Shown here piece after piece: positions 24,558-33,167 of a stretch of 33,167 nucleotides of DNA; positions within the stretch are counted from its first letter, which is position 1; each line of letters opens with the position of its first letter. Under the pieces are notes generated by a model that was given only the letters and a program-made list of their open reading frames with translations, did not search any database and was not told where the DNA came from. This DNA comes from an uncultured Acidimicrobiales bacterium (GTDB lineage Bacteria; Actinomycetota; Acidimicrobiia; Acidimicrobiales; Poriferisodalaceae), in NCBI GenBank assembly GCA_964569385.1, contig CAZMUM010000046.1, positions 1-33,167 of the forward strand, read 5' to 3'. Made by a program: the position numbers and the translations under genes.

Positions 24558-27500
24558 TCAGTCGGATCCGATTACAGGAATCGCAGCATTGCCCATGGCG
24601 TCGGCGATTCGGTCGAGAGCGTCGACCACCCCAGCCGCAGGGTCGGCGACCTTGGTCGACCAACGTTTGGTTATGGCACTCCACCGCTTCAACTCGTCTT
24701 CGGCCAGTGTGCCCCGTAAAAAACCCAAAGCCAGAAGGTTCTGCTCGGCGCGATCGGTAAGAGTTTGGGCCTCAGATTGATAGTGATCCTCGACTAGCTG
24801 GTCGAGTTCGTCGTCGGTCATCGCCGGCACCACACTCGAGGCAATACGGGCCATGTTGCGGTAGGAGCCCTGAAGGAGAAATGGCGGTGCATCACGGTCG
24901 GTTTCGGCCGTGGCCGCCGATCGAACGTAGGCATCGTTTACGGCCATGACAGTGTCTTGAGCCCGATCTAGAAGGCCGATCAGTCGAACGGTTTCGGACA
25001 GTTGTGGGCCGTCCCAACGGTGTTCAAGGCCGTCGGTACTAGCGGGCCTGGTGCCTTTGGCCATGCCGAGCACTGCTTCGATGTCGTCGATCAACCGGCC
25101 AGCCGAACCAGCCAGAGCCGGGCAAGCGGTCAGGCTGTTCTCCAGATACGAAAGCGCAAAGTCTTGATCGTGTTCGTCGGCGACATCACCGAGATTGTGT
25201 ACGTCGGCGCGGTTGACCAACATGTCGGGGAGATCGAACCTGCTTCCACCAGACGAATACGGGTTACCGGCCATCACCACGGCAAGACGTTTGCCGCGGA
25301 GGTCGAAGGTAATGGCATCGCCGTCGGCTACGCCTTCGATTCGGCGAGTTGCATCGGCGAGTGGAATGAATCGAGACAAGAACTCCGCAGAGGTGAACTG
25401 CACGTCGTCGATGAACAACATGACGTTGCGACCGAACCGAAGAGCGAGATTGACCTTCTCGACCTCGGCCCGCGCGGCCGCGTTTGGCGCCGCGGCGGGA
25501 TCGAGCGATGTGGTGTCGGTTCCGAGAGCAGGACCATTGACCTTCACCATCAGCATGCCAAGCCGGTCGGCCAGCCAGGCCATGAGCGTTGTCTTGCCAT
25601 ACCCAGGCGGAGATGTCAGTACAAGAAGTCCGCTTCGGCTCAGGTCGGTGGCATCGACGGTGCCGATCTGGCGCGAGAGGTTGGCCCCAACCAACGGCAA
25701 CAGGGCGCGGTCGATGAGCCGATTCCGAACGAACCCAGCCATCACCTGAGGCCGGTGCGAGTCGAGGTCAACCTCGACACTGGCCTGGCTAACAACGGCG
25801 CGCCTTGCCGCCTGATATTGCGGCCACCGAGTCTGCATATCCTCGAACAAGCCGCCGACCCGCTGCGCCATCTCGTCGAATCGGAGGCGCATCTCGCCAC
25901 CGTCGATGCGACGATGTTCACTGACCAAACCGTCGACGTTGAACGCGCCGGCATGGGGTACTTCGCGCTGTCCAACATCGGGAGCCGCCAGCAACGCGGC
26001 CGCCTCGGCAACATCGAACTCAAACTCGGCCAGATTGGAGTCGTTGGCTACGACACCACCGACCCAGTCTTGGGCGGTGGCGAACCTCGAAACAACGTCA
26101 GGTGTCGAGCTAAGAGCCGAGTTCAACTCCTCGAACCCTTCCTTGCCAAGAACATCTTTGATACGAACCAGCAGCTCGGTAGCAGTGGACGGGACAGCGA
26201 GATCGAGCCCACGTACACCAAGATCGTCAGCCAGGTAGCCGGTTACGCCACGACGAGCCCGCGCGTCGAGGTGCGCCAGGACGCCAGCCAAATGTTGGTC
26301 GATCTCGGAGCGGACCCTCTTGATCCCATCAGCGACTCCGACTCGGTCGCGTGCCGATCTAGCCGCGCGAGCCCGTGTGGCGTGAGCAACAACTGCGGCC
26401 GAGTCGATCGATGCCACAAATATACGGCCGAGTGCGCGACTCATCCCCGCGTGTCCGAGGACCGGTTCGTCATTGCCCTGAGCGGTTAACGCGGCCAGAA
26501 GCCTGGTCGCGTCGTGGTCGTGTACGCCAACTTCGTAACCTTCACCGTGTCTGCGCTCGGTAACCGCCCGCACCAGGGCCGCCAGCTTTTCTGGTACCGC
26601 CGCAGCGGTGGACAGTTCGACCCGGCGGTCACCGTCGCCGCGGAGAACAGCCCAAGCTAAGTACTCGGCTCGGCTGACATCGTCGGTCTCTGACGGATAG
26701 GGCCGCGACATTAGATCTGCGAAGTCGCTCAGCTCGGCCGACACGTCCTGGCGATAGTCAGTACCGGTAACAGTCACGTCGACGCCACCCGAAGTCGGTG
26801 ACAGCACAATTTCGAATGGTTGTTCGTTGGGCGCGAAATTGAACCCTCCAAACGCGAGCGAGCCGTCTTCGGCTACAAGATCGGTTCGGTCACGAACCCG
26901 CCGCCGAGCTTCTTCGGCCGCCGCGTTCAACTCTGTACGGACTTCCGACGCTTGACCGACCTCGCCCAACTCTTGTAGTTCGTCGGCCAGGCTCCGCACC
27001 CTCGCCACCATCTGGTCGGCAGCAAAGAAACTGGCGATCTCGGCTTCGTCGGCCGCCTCTCCAGCGCGCTTGACCACGGTTCCAAGCAGACGACGCGCCG
27101 CCTCAACCAGCCGTTGGGTACGGCGGGCTCGCTGGTCGACCAACTCAGAGCGGCGCGCCCCGAACGTCTCGTTCAGGCGGTCTCGAAGTTCGACCATTCG
27201 ATCGATTCGGTCGGGTTCTTCGCCGTAGCGACTGTCGATCCGTTCGAGGTTTACGAGCAAACGCCCTAGCTCGGCATCGCATTCGTCTGGGTTCGTAGTG
27301 CCGACTACCGCAGCAGACATCGACTGCTCCAGCAGCGCGACCTCGGCGTCGAAGGCTTCGTCTGACTCCGAGGACCGCAACTCGCGTACACGGCCGTCGA
27401 GCTGGGCTCTCGCTCGGTTGGTACTAGCAGTGATGTCGGCGATGCGGCGAACAATTCGCGTCCGTGCGGTTGGGTCTCCGGCATCTAGGGCCGACACTGC

Positions 27501-29441
27501 ATCCACCACCGCCTCTAGGTCGCCGGTTACCGCCAGAACCTGTTCCATGATGTGGTTCACATCGAGCGCTGTGGCGCCCGCCAAACCCTCGACTACTAAC
27601 GACTCAAGACGTGTCTCGAAATCGGCGAAGGCCCGATCGTCGTCGAGAACCTCAGCGGCTCTTTCGGCCAGCCCGCTGATGGCATCGTCGAGATCAGAAG
27701 TCAGTTGAGCAACAGCTGTGTCGTCGATCTCGGGCACATCGTTGAGTAGCGACGCTTGTCCTCTGGCCCGACGAAGTAGCCCAAGAGCCTCGACCACATC
27801 GGTGGCCGAGGAGGCCCGGCTGGCCTCGTCGACTGTCCGGCGCGAGTCGCGTTCGGCAGCTTCGAGACGGGCTGCGGCTTCAGCTCGCAGCCGCCGAACT
27901 TTGGCGTACTCGTCGACCAACAGGCCGGCCGTGCTCACGATGTCGCGCAAGCCGCCGCGTAGATCTTCGGCCTCGGGGTCGGCCATCCACAAGTGGGTAT
28001 CCAGTGCGCGCCTCGCGGCAACGATTATGGCTTCCCAAGTGCGCTCGGAGGGGTCGACATCGTCGGCCAGCTGGCCTACGTCGTAGGCGTCTCCCAATCC
28101 AGCTACAAGATCAGCGTTGCCAACTCGATCAACCCAAGTGTCGCCGGTCGAGGTCTCGCTGTCGGCGAACTCGGCATCGACAAACGGTGTGTCCCACCAT
28201 TGGATGGGGTGAACGCGTGACAGCTCGGCATCGTCGGGACCACCTCTGAACAGCATCATTTGGCCGTCGGCAAACATTGCGAATCCGTGGCATGGGATGA
28301 GCTGTGAGATCTCGCGTCGCACCAGGTTGTATGGAGCTAATAAGTACTCGCCACTGTCGCGGTGATGAAAGACGTAGAGCAGGTCTTCACCGTTTGGTGC
28401 CGCGACAACTTCTTCGAACACCATTCCGTCGCTCGAAACGTCGAACAATCGCGTCCCGGTGGTAGCCAGGTGATATCCACCGGGGAAAACCACACCATCA
28501 CCACCAGGCAGAACGCGCGCCGCATCACCGAGAGCGTCGACCCTGGTTCCGCTGCGGGTACGACGACCGAATAAGTAAAAGCGAGGTGGCTCGGAATAGA
28601 GCTCGACGCTGATAGCCAGCTCTTCTCCGAACTCGGCGTAGGAAACCCCGACGTCGGCCAACGACTGACCAGGTACCTCGACCGGTTCGTCGGTTTCGAC
28701 TCGTCCGCCCGGCGTGCCATCTTCGATGCGTAACTGAAGACGACCGCCGCGGAACCCGACGAACACTTCGTCAAGCACCGACACTGTCGGGTGGGTGCCG
28801 GGACGCTGATCTTCGCGGGTGCTTCGCACCCAAGTCATGTCGTGAGAATCTGGCCACGTGTAGTCGCGGTCGCCTCTGGCATCGACGAACGATACTGTCC
28901 CGTCGATCGCTACGGTCCAGCGAAGAACTACAAGGTCATCGACTCGTTCGCCGATCCGGAATGCCGCTAGCAGTTGGTTAGCACCGCGACGCAGGTCGGA
29001 GAATCGGGCTTTGCCATAAAAGCGGTGGAGTTTGTCGAACTCTTCGCGGAATGCCGGCTCGGCTAGGAAATTCCGCTCATCGTCGGCACCAATCGGAGCA
29101 AGCTCGTCATCGGCGCCACGTTCGTACAACCCAAAGACATGTTCGGGCGTCAGCTGAGCCAGCTCTGGAGAGACCCGATAGCCGAGCATCAGCAGGTCGC
29201 CGACACGAACTACGTCTCGAGGCCTGCACGCGAGGTCCGTGCGAAGCCTGTCTGATCCGGCCAGCCGCAACTGCGTGCTGCCAAACGATTCGGTTCGTAG
29301 ACGGTCGAGCGATGTCGCGGCCTCAACCGTGTCGCGGACGCGGCCGCGCAATCGGCGCCTCAGCAGGTCGTAGTTGCCACCTGCTGGGCTGCCGGTGTCA
29401 GCGCTCGTCTGACCCGCGGAGGCGTCGCCGGTATCGGTCAT
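24558..29441 (-). CDS. Giant (1627 aa) protein with one AAA+ ATPase module near the C-terminus and ~1250 aa of unassigned N-terminal sequence. Last gene of the NfeD-flotillin operon.
   Basis: Walker A LVLTSPPGYGKTTLMAWL (~25585-25614). Walker B NVMLFIDDVQ. Sensor-1-like VVMAGNPYS. Sensor-2/Arg-like LLQGSYRNMARIA. The start sits 9 nt after the flotillin stop. From memory only, the overall look matches large proteins annotated as 'ATPase involved in DNA repair' (DUF3686+AAA). This is unverified. Confidence 0.8.
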   Translation of the reverse strand: MTDTGDASAGQTSADTGSPAGGNYDLLRRRLRGRVRDTVEAATSLDRLRTESFGSTQLRLAGSDRLRTDLACRPRDVVRVGDLLMLGYRVSPELAQLTPEHVFGLYERGADDELAPIGADDERNFLAEPAFREEFDKLHRFYGKARFSDLRRGANQLLAAFRIGERVDDLVVLRWTVAIDGTVSFVDARGDRDYTWPDSHDMTWVRSTREDQRPGTHPTVSVLDEVFVGFRGGRLQLRIEDGTPGGRVETDEPVEVPGQSLADVGVSYAEFGEELAISVELYSEPPRFYLFGRRTRSGTRVDALGDAARVLPGGDGVVFPGGYHLATTGTRLFDVSSDGMVFEEVVAAPNGEDLLYVFHHRDSGEYLLAPYNLVRREISQLIPCHGFAMFADGQMMLFRGGPDDAELSRVHPIQWWDTPFVDAEFADSETSTGDTWVDRVGNADLVAGLGDAYDVGQLADDVDPSERTWEAIIVAARRALDTHLWMADPEAEDLRGGLRDIVSTAGLLVDEYAKVRRLRAEAAARLEAAERDSRRTVDEASRASSATDVVEALGLLRRARGQASLLNDVPEIDDTAVAQLTSDLDDAISGLAERAAEVLDDDRAFADFETRLESLVVEGLAGATALDVNHIMEQVLAVTGDLEAVVDAVSALDAGDPTARTRIVRRIADITASTNRARAQLDGRVRELRSSESDEAFDAEVALLEQSMSAAVVGTTNPDECDAELGRLLVNLERIDSRYGEEPDRIDRMVELRDRLNETFGARRSELVDQRARRTQRLVEAARRLLGTVVKRAGEAADEAEIASFFAADQMVARVRSLADELQELGEVGQASEVRTELNAAAEEARRRVRDRTDLVAEDGSLAFGGFNFAPNEQPFEIVLSPTSGGVDVTVTGTDYRQDVSAELSDFADLMSRPYPSETDDVSRAEYLAWAVLRGDGDRRVELSTAAAVPEKLAALVRAVTERRHGEGYEVGVHDHDATRLLAALTAQGNDEPVLGHAGMSRALGRIFVASIDSAAVVAHATRARAARSARDRVGVADGIKRVRSEIDQHLAGVLAHLDARARRGVTGYLADDLGVRGLDLAVPSTATELLVRIKDVLGKEGFEELNSALSSTPDVVSRFATAQDWVGGVVANDSNLAEFEFDVAEAAALLAAPDVGQREVPHAGAFNVDGLVSEHRRIDGGEMRLRFDEMAQRVGGLFEDMQTRWPQYQAARRAVVSQASVEVDLDSHRPQVMAGFVRNRLIDRALLPLVGANLSRQIGTVDATDLSRSGLLVLTSPPGYGKTTLMAWLADRLGMLMVKVNGPALGTDTTSLDPAAAPNAAARAEVEKVNLALRFGRNVMLFIDDVQFTSAEFLSRFIPLADATRRIEGVADGDAITFDLRGKRLAVVMAGNPYSSGGSRFDLPDMLVNRADVHNLGDVADEHDQDFALSYLENSLTACPALAGSAGRLIDDIEAVLGMAKGTRPASTDGLEHRWDGPQLSETVRLIGLLDRAQDTVMAVNDAYVRSAATAETDRDAPPFLLQGSYRNMARIASSVVPAMTDDELDQLVEDHYQSEAQTLTDRAEQNLLALGFLRGTLAEDELKRWSAITKRWSTKVADPAAGVVDALDRIADAMGNAAIPVIGSD

Positions 29442-29449
29442 TGATTGGC

Positions 29450-31471
29450 TCAGCGATCGTCGCCGTCGAGAAGTTCACCAACGGGTCGGTCACTTAAACC
29501 ACCAGCCTCGATGGCTTCTCGCAGCGTGGCAACCAGATCGTTTCCACCAGATCCGAGCCGACCGCCGATTCTCGACACGAGGTCGGCAATGGTCAGATCG
29601 CGGATACCGGCTGCCCCGATTCCGCCAAGGCCATCAGCGACATCGGAGATAATGTTCGAGTCGCCTTCGAGGTATGGCTGAAGCATCCGACGGCCAGCGT
29701 CGCTGCTACCGACAAATCCATCGATGGCTTGGCCGTGGCCCGCAGCCGACAAGATGCGCTCGACAATGCCCTCGTCGGAAACGATTGTCATGTCGGCGTT
29801 CGACAACGACTCACCCAAGGCCGCGGCAGCCGACTTGGCTACGTCGGCCTTGGCGCCGATGGCGGCAAGCTCAACTTCTCGGTTTACGTCGAGCCGCAGG
29901 CGGAACTCCTCGTGGTCTTGCCCGGCGGCAGTCATAGCGCCGACACCTTCGGACTTGGCCTTCAGACCTTCGCCTTCGCCTTCGAGCCGGGCCTTGGTGG
30001 CATCGCCCTCGGCCATTCCTACCTCGCGCAACGCCTCGGCATCAGCCTTTTTGACCTCGACCTCGGCAAGACCGGTGGCTCGAATGGCATCAGCACGTTC
30101 ACGCTCGACCTGAACTTCGGCGAGGCCCTCGGCCGCCGATACAGCCTGGGTGCCTTCGGCACGGCGTTTCGATGCCTGCATTTCTTGGCTGGCAGCATCG
30201 GCTTCGGCGCGGGCAAGGGTAGTGAGCCGTTCGGCCTCAGATCCTGCGGCCTGTTTGTCCGCATCGGCTTCTTTGACTCTGGCTATAAAGGCAGCCTCGG
30301 CTAGGCCCTCGGCCGTCTTAACCTCCGAGGTTGCCTGGCGCTGAGCCTCTTCGACGACACGTAGCGTGGCTATCTCTTCTTCTTTCTCAGCCACTCCCAG
30401 ATCTGCTTCGACCCGGCCCCGAGTCAGCTCGGCGAGAGCACGTTCGCTAGTTTCTTTCTCCTTAGCCGCCTCGGCCACAGCGGTTTCACGCCCGACCTCG
30501 GCTAGAGCTCGATCGCGCTCAATCTCTTCTGTTTGCACGGCAATGACTCGCTGCCTGTTGGCGTCTGCCAGTGCGATCTCGCGATCCTTGTTCTGGTCGG
30601 CAACCCCGATCCCTTCTTCGGCAGCTATCCGGGCTTCCTCGGCGATACGGACTGCCTCGGCTTCGACCTGTTTGGCTTCGGCATCGGATCTGGCTTGAAC
30701 GGTCCGGATCTCCTGTTGCTGACGAGCCAGGGCTTCGGCCCGGTCGCGGTCCATCTCGAAGACGGCTTTGTCGGCATCGGTGGTGCGGCGAGTCGTTTCT
30801 TCGCGCTCGCGCTCTTGGGCGTCGTTGGTGCGAATGTGCTGTTCGACGGTGCGCTCGGTGATCTTACGAATGCCGTCGGCATCGAGGATGTTGGTCGGGT
30901 CGAGCTCTTCGATCGCTGTCTGTTCGAGGTAGTCGATAGCGACATCTTCAAGCACGTACCCGTTTAGGTCTTGGCCGATGATGCCAATGATCACATCCTT
31001 GAATTGTTGGCGTGATGTGTAGAGATCCTCGAAGTCGAATTCCTTGCCTGCCGATTTGAGAGCCTCGGAGAACTTGGCCGCAAACAACTCGCGAAGGGTG
31101 TTGAGGTCGGAGGCTCGAACAGTGCCGACCTGCTGGGCCACACGAATGACGGCTTCTTCGGTTTTGTCGACCTTGACGTAGAAGTCGACGGATATGTCGG
31201 CACGAACGTTGTCCTTGCAGACCAGGCCATCCTTGCCTCGGCGGTCGACCTGAATGTTCTTCACCGAGATGTCCATTACCTCGGCTTTATGGATGACCGG
31301 GATTACCACCTGACCGGTGAAGGTGACGACAACTTCTTTCCACTTCGAGACAACTAGCGCTTGGCCTTGAGGCACCTTGCGGAACAGCCGCGTCACTAAT
31401 AGACCAAACCCGATTGCCACGACCGCGACGATGACGATCACGACACCCACCGCTGTTAGAAGTCCGCTCAT
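29450..31471 (-). CDS. Flotillin / SPFH (band-7) family protein, YqiK/FloT-like, with a long E/A/R-rich coiled-coil region
   Basis: N-terminal TM helix, then an SPFH domain (VVSKWKEVVVTFTGQVVIPVIHKAEVMDISVKNIQVD…VRADISVDFYVKV…). About 250 aa of EA-rich coiled coil follow, then a flotillin C-terminal region. 673 aa. Confidence 0.9.
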   Translation of the reverse strand: MSGLLTAVGVVIVIVAVVAIGFGLLVTRLFRKVPQGQALVVSKWKEVVVTFTGQVVIPVIHKAEVMDISVKNIQVDRRGKDGLVCKDNVRADISVDFYVKVDKTEEAVIRVAQQVGTVRASDLNTLRELFAAKFSEALKSAGKEFDFEDLYTSRQQFKDVIIGIIGQDLNGYVLEDVAIDYLEQTAIEELDPTNILDADGIRKITERTVEQHIRTNDAQEREREETTRRTTDADKAVFEMDRDRAEALARQQQEIRTVQARSDAEAKQVEAEAVRIAEEARIAAEEGIGVADQNKDREIALADANRQRVIAVQTEEIERDRALAEVGRETAVAEAAKEKETSERALAELTRGRVEADLGVAEKEEEIATLRVVEEAQRQATSEVKTAEGLAEAAFIARVKEADADKQAAGSEAERLTTLARAEADAASQEMQASKRRAEGTQAVSAAEGLAEVQVERERADAIRATGLAEVEVKKADAEALREVGMAEGDATKARLEGEGEGLKAKSEGVGAMTAAGQDHEEFRLRLDVNREVELAAIGAKADVAKSAAAALGESLSNADMTIVSDEGIVERILSAAGHGQAIDGFVGSSDAGRRMLQPYLEGDSNIISDVADGLGGIGAAGIRDLTIADLVSRIGGRLGSGGNDLVATLREAIEAGGLSDRPVGELLDGDDR

Positions 31472-31473
31472 TG

Positions 31474-32094
31474 TCAGTTGTCTCCCTTATTGCCGAACAG
31501 TTGGTCATCATTCGTCACGCCGTAAGTGGCAGAGTCGGAATTCCATGACATAAGTCGAATTGTGTCGCCTGGGCCAAGCCCAAGTGCGTTGCCGTCGCGC
31601 ACGTCGATGCGCGACATCGAGCCGTCGTCCCAGATGGCGTCGGCGTAGCCAAAGCCTGCATCTACCCGACCTGAGCGCACCGTGGCCTCTCGGCCAACTA
31701 ACTCCATCGCACTAGGGGCGGTTGCAGTCTCCATTAGGCGCCCGAGAGGTCGGGCCAGCCTTGAGCCGAGAAACAATGCAGTAGCAAGGGCCATCACGAA
31801 CACAGCCGCCGATGCGGCCACAAGGGTCATCCCGCCAAGCGGGTCGAGAAAGAACAGCGCCGCCACCACGGCCAGGAACCAAGCAATTAGCGAGACGATC
31901 GAGAACACAACCAATGGCGGAACTCCACCAAGGCCAAGCGACGCCACTGCGTCCTCGCCGAAGCCGTCGCCTATGTCGCCGCCAATATCGAGGATGCCGA
32001 TCATCGAAACCAGCCACAGAACCAGGCTGACCCCAAGTGGTATGAAGAAGATGATCGCGACTGGAGTGGTCGCCGCATCCCAGAATTCAGCCAT
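31474..32094 (-). CDS. NfeD-like (YqiJ/YuaF-type) membrane protein, first gene of the flotillin operon
   Basis: Three or four N-terminal TM helices. C-terminal soluble beta-rich (OB-like) segment GREATVRSGRVDAGFGYADAIWDDGSMSRIDVRDGNALGLGPGDTIRLMS. It lies directly upstream of the flotillin gene, and its stop is 3 nt from the flotillin start. Confidence 0.75.
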   Translation of the reverse strand: MAEFWDAATTPVAIIFFIPLGVSLVLWLVSMIGILDIGGDIGDGFGEDAVASLGLGGVPPLVVFSIVSLIAWFLAVVAALFFLDPLGGMTLVAASAAVFVMALATALFLGSRLARPLGRLMETATAPSAMELVGREATVRSGRVDAGFGYADAIWDDGSMSRIDVRDGNALGLGPGDTIRLMSWNSDSATYGVTNDDQLFGNKGDN

Positions 32095-32221
32095 GTTGAT
32101 TCAGTTGCTCCCCGCGCTTACTCGTTGTAGTTACCAACGACGACTGGGCGTCTTCGGTTCCCACACCGAGTGAGATCCTTACAGACTTCAGCGGCACAGG
32201 TGACCAGACTAACTCGGAGTC

Positions 32222-33148
32222 TTGCTTGTAACCGCCTCGATGGGCACAAGGCCCCACTCGGTACTACTTTTAGCGTTCCCGCTGATCGAGCACTCGCACT
32301 GCGGCAGATCGCCCAAAATATATCCGGCAGATCGGTCGAATCAAGACAGCTGCTTGTGCGATCTCTCGACCCCGGGTGTCCGCAGAGCGGCAATCGAGGA
32401 CCCAGATGGGATCCTCGCAGCCACTTCCGGCCGCGTGCTGATCGATGAGTGGCAGGAAGCTCCGGAGATTCTCGGCGCTGTCAAGCGTGCCGTCGACGCC
32501 GACCTCTCGAGCACCCCTGGTCGATTCATCGTGACAGGTTCGGTCCGTGCTGCACAACAAGCTGCTACCTGGCCGGGAACCGGCCGACTCATCAGAGTTC
32601 AGATGTCGGGCTTGACCCAAAGCGAACTCGAAGACAACAACACCTACAACCCCATCGACACCCTCTTCGCCGATGAAGCGCCGACGTTCGGCCATTCTGG
32701 CCTCAGCCGCCACGGCTACCTTGCCAGGGTCGTCGCTGGAAGATTTCCCGATGTCATCGGCAGATCAGATCGAAGTCGTTCCCGCTGGTTCGACGGATAC
32801 GTCGAACAGCTCGTCGACCGCGACGCAGCACAGATCGCCACGACCAACCCTCACCCACGAAAGCTCCGCTCTGTGCTGTCATCATGCGTCGCCCGCACCG
32901 GACAAGAACTAAACAAAGAAGCAACCGCCAGAGACGCCGACGTAGCCAAGGGAACAGCCGACACCTACATCACCCTGCTCGAAGACCTCTCCATCATCCA
33001 GCGAGTCCCCGCCTGGCACAACAAACGCCTCCACCGACTCAACCGATCACCCAAGATCCACATCGCAGACCCCGGCCTCGCCGCACACCTGCTCAACGTC
33101 GACGTCACAGCCCTCGGGTCTGCACGGTATATGGTTGATGGTGTGTGA
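32222..33148 (+). pseudogene. Degraded AAA+ ATPase of the DUF4143 family. The N-terminal P-loop region is frameshifted or deleted.
   Basis: The C-terminal part (…RVLIDEWQEAPEIL…FIVTGS…YGYLARVVAGRFP…DGYVEQLVDRD…) matches the 'ATPase + DUF4143' family from the Walker B region (LIDEWQ) onward. The expected upstream LLRQIA segment is in another frame (ORF 32170-32448: …ALALRQIAQNISGRSVESRQLLVRSLDPG). No intact GxxGxGKT is present. Confidence 0.55.
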
Positions 33149-33167
33149 TGCGAGACTGTGTGCTCGT

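Noticed and set aside
25002-26489. 495-aa plus-strand ORF inside the giant ATPase gene, and similar long antisense ORFs (4951-5538, 13245-13964, 9905-10669, 16128-16862)
   Set aside because: Typical high-GC antisense open frames. They are Arg/Ser/Pro-rich with no motifs, and they fully overlap strongly supported genes on the other strand.
1-33167. Search for CRISPR arrays, IS/transposase or integrase genes, and rRNA/tRNA genes
   Set aside because: There are no spaced identical direct repeats, no DDE/tyrosine-recombinase-like ORFs, and no rRNA-like or cloverleaf-capable segments.

Overview
High-GC window, most likely actinobacterial and chromosomal. About 30 genes are supportable, described here from left to right. 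(1) 1-1048 is a decayed region: a frameshifted PhzF-family remnant plus short tandem repeats. (2) An HxlR-type regulator lies divergent from a QueG-like 4Fe-4S protein across an AT-rich intergenic region. (3) Two large STAND-type signalling NTPases sit divergently. One is a SARP family regulator (OmpR-type DNA-binding domain, BTAD, NB-ARC, TPR) cut by an in-frame TAG between the DNA-binding domain and the BTAD domain. The other is a zinc-ribbon/adenylate-cyclase/AAA/TPR protein whose zinc ribbon is out of frame with the cyclase domain. (4) A gamma-glutamylation module follows: a hypothetical protein, a glutamine-synthetase-like ligase and a PuuD-like hydrolase. (5) An MFS transporter is flanked by a roughly 300-bp partial gene duplication. 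(6) A co-directional housekeeping block follows: maf, dus, a divergent family-A DNA polymerase with proofreading exonuclease but no 5' nuclease domain, a repeat-containing hypothetical, gluQ-RS, 5-formyl-THF cyclo-ligase and surE. (7) Next come a degraded SDR, a VOC protein and a haloalkane dehalogenase. (8) The candidate 'system' of the window is a three-gene minus-strand operon: an NfeD-like membrane protein, a long flotillin/SPFH protein and a 1627-aa protein with a single AAA+ module near residues 1270-1520 and about 1250 aa of unassigned N-terminal sequence. The three reading frames are spaced for translational coupling. (9) A degraded DUF4143-type ATPase reaches the window end. No rRNA or tRNA gene, CRISPR array, transposase or integrase was found. 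At least six genes are disrupted, which suggests either real gene decay or assembly indels. All domain calls come from reading motifs in the ORF translations, not from database searches.
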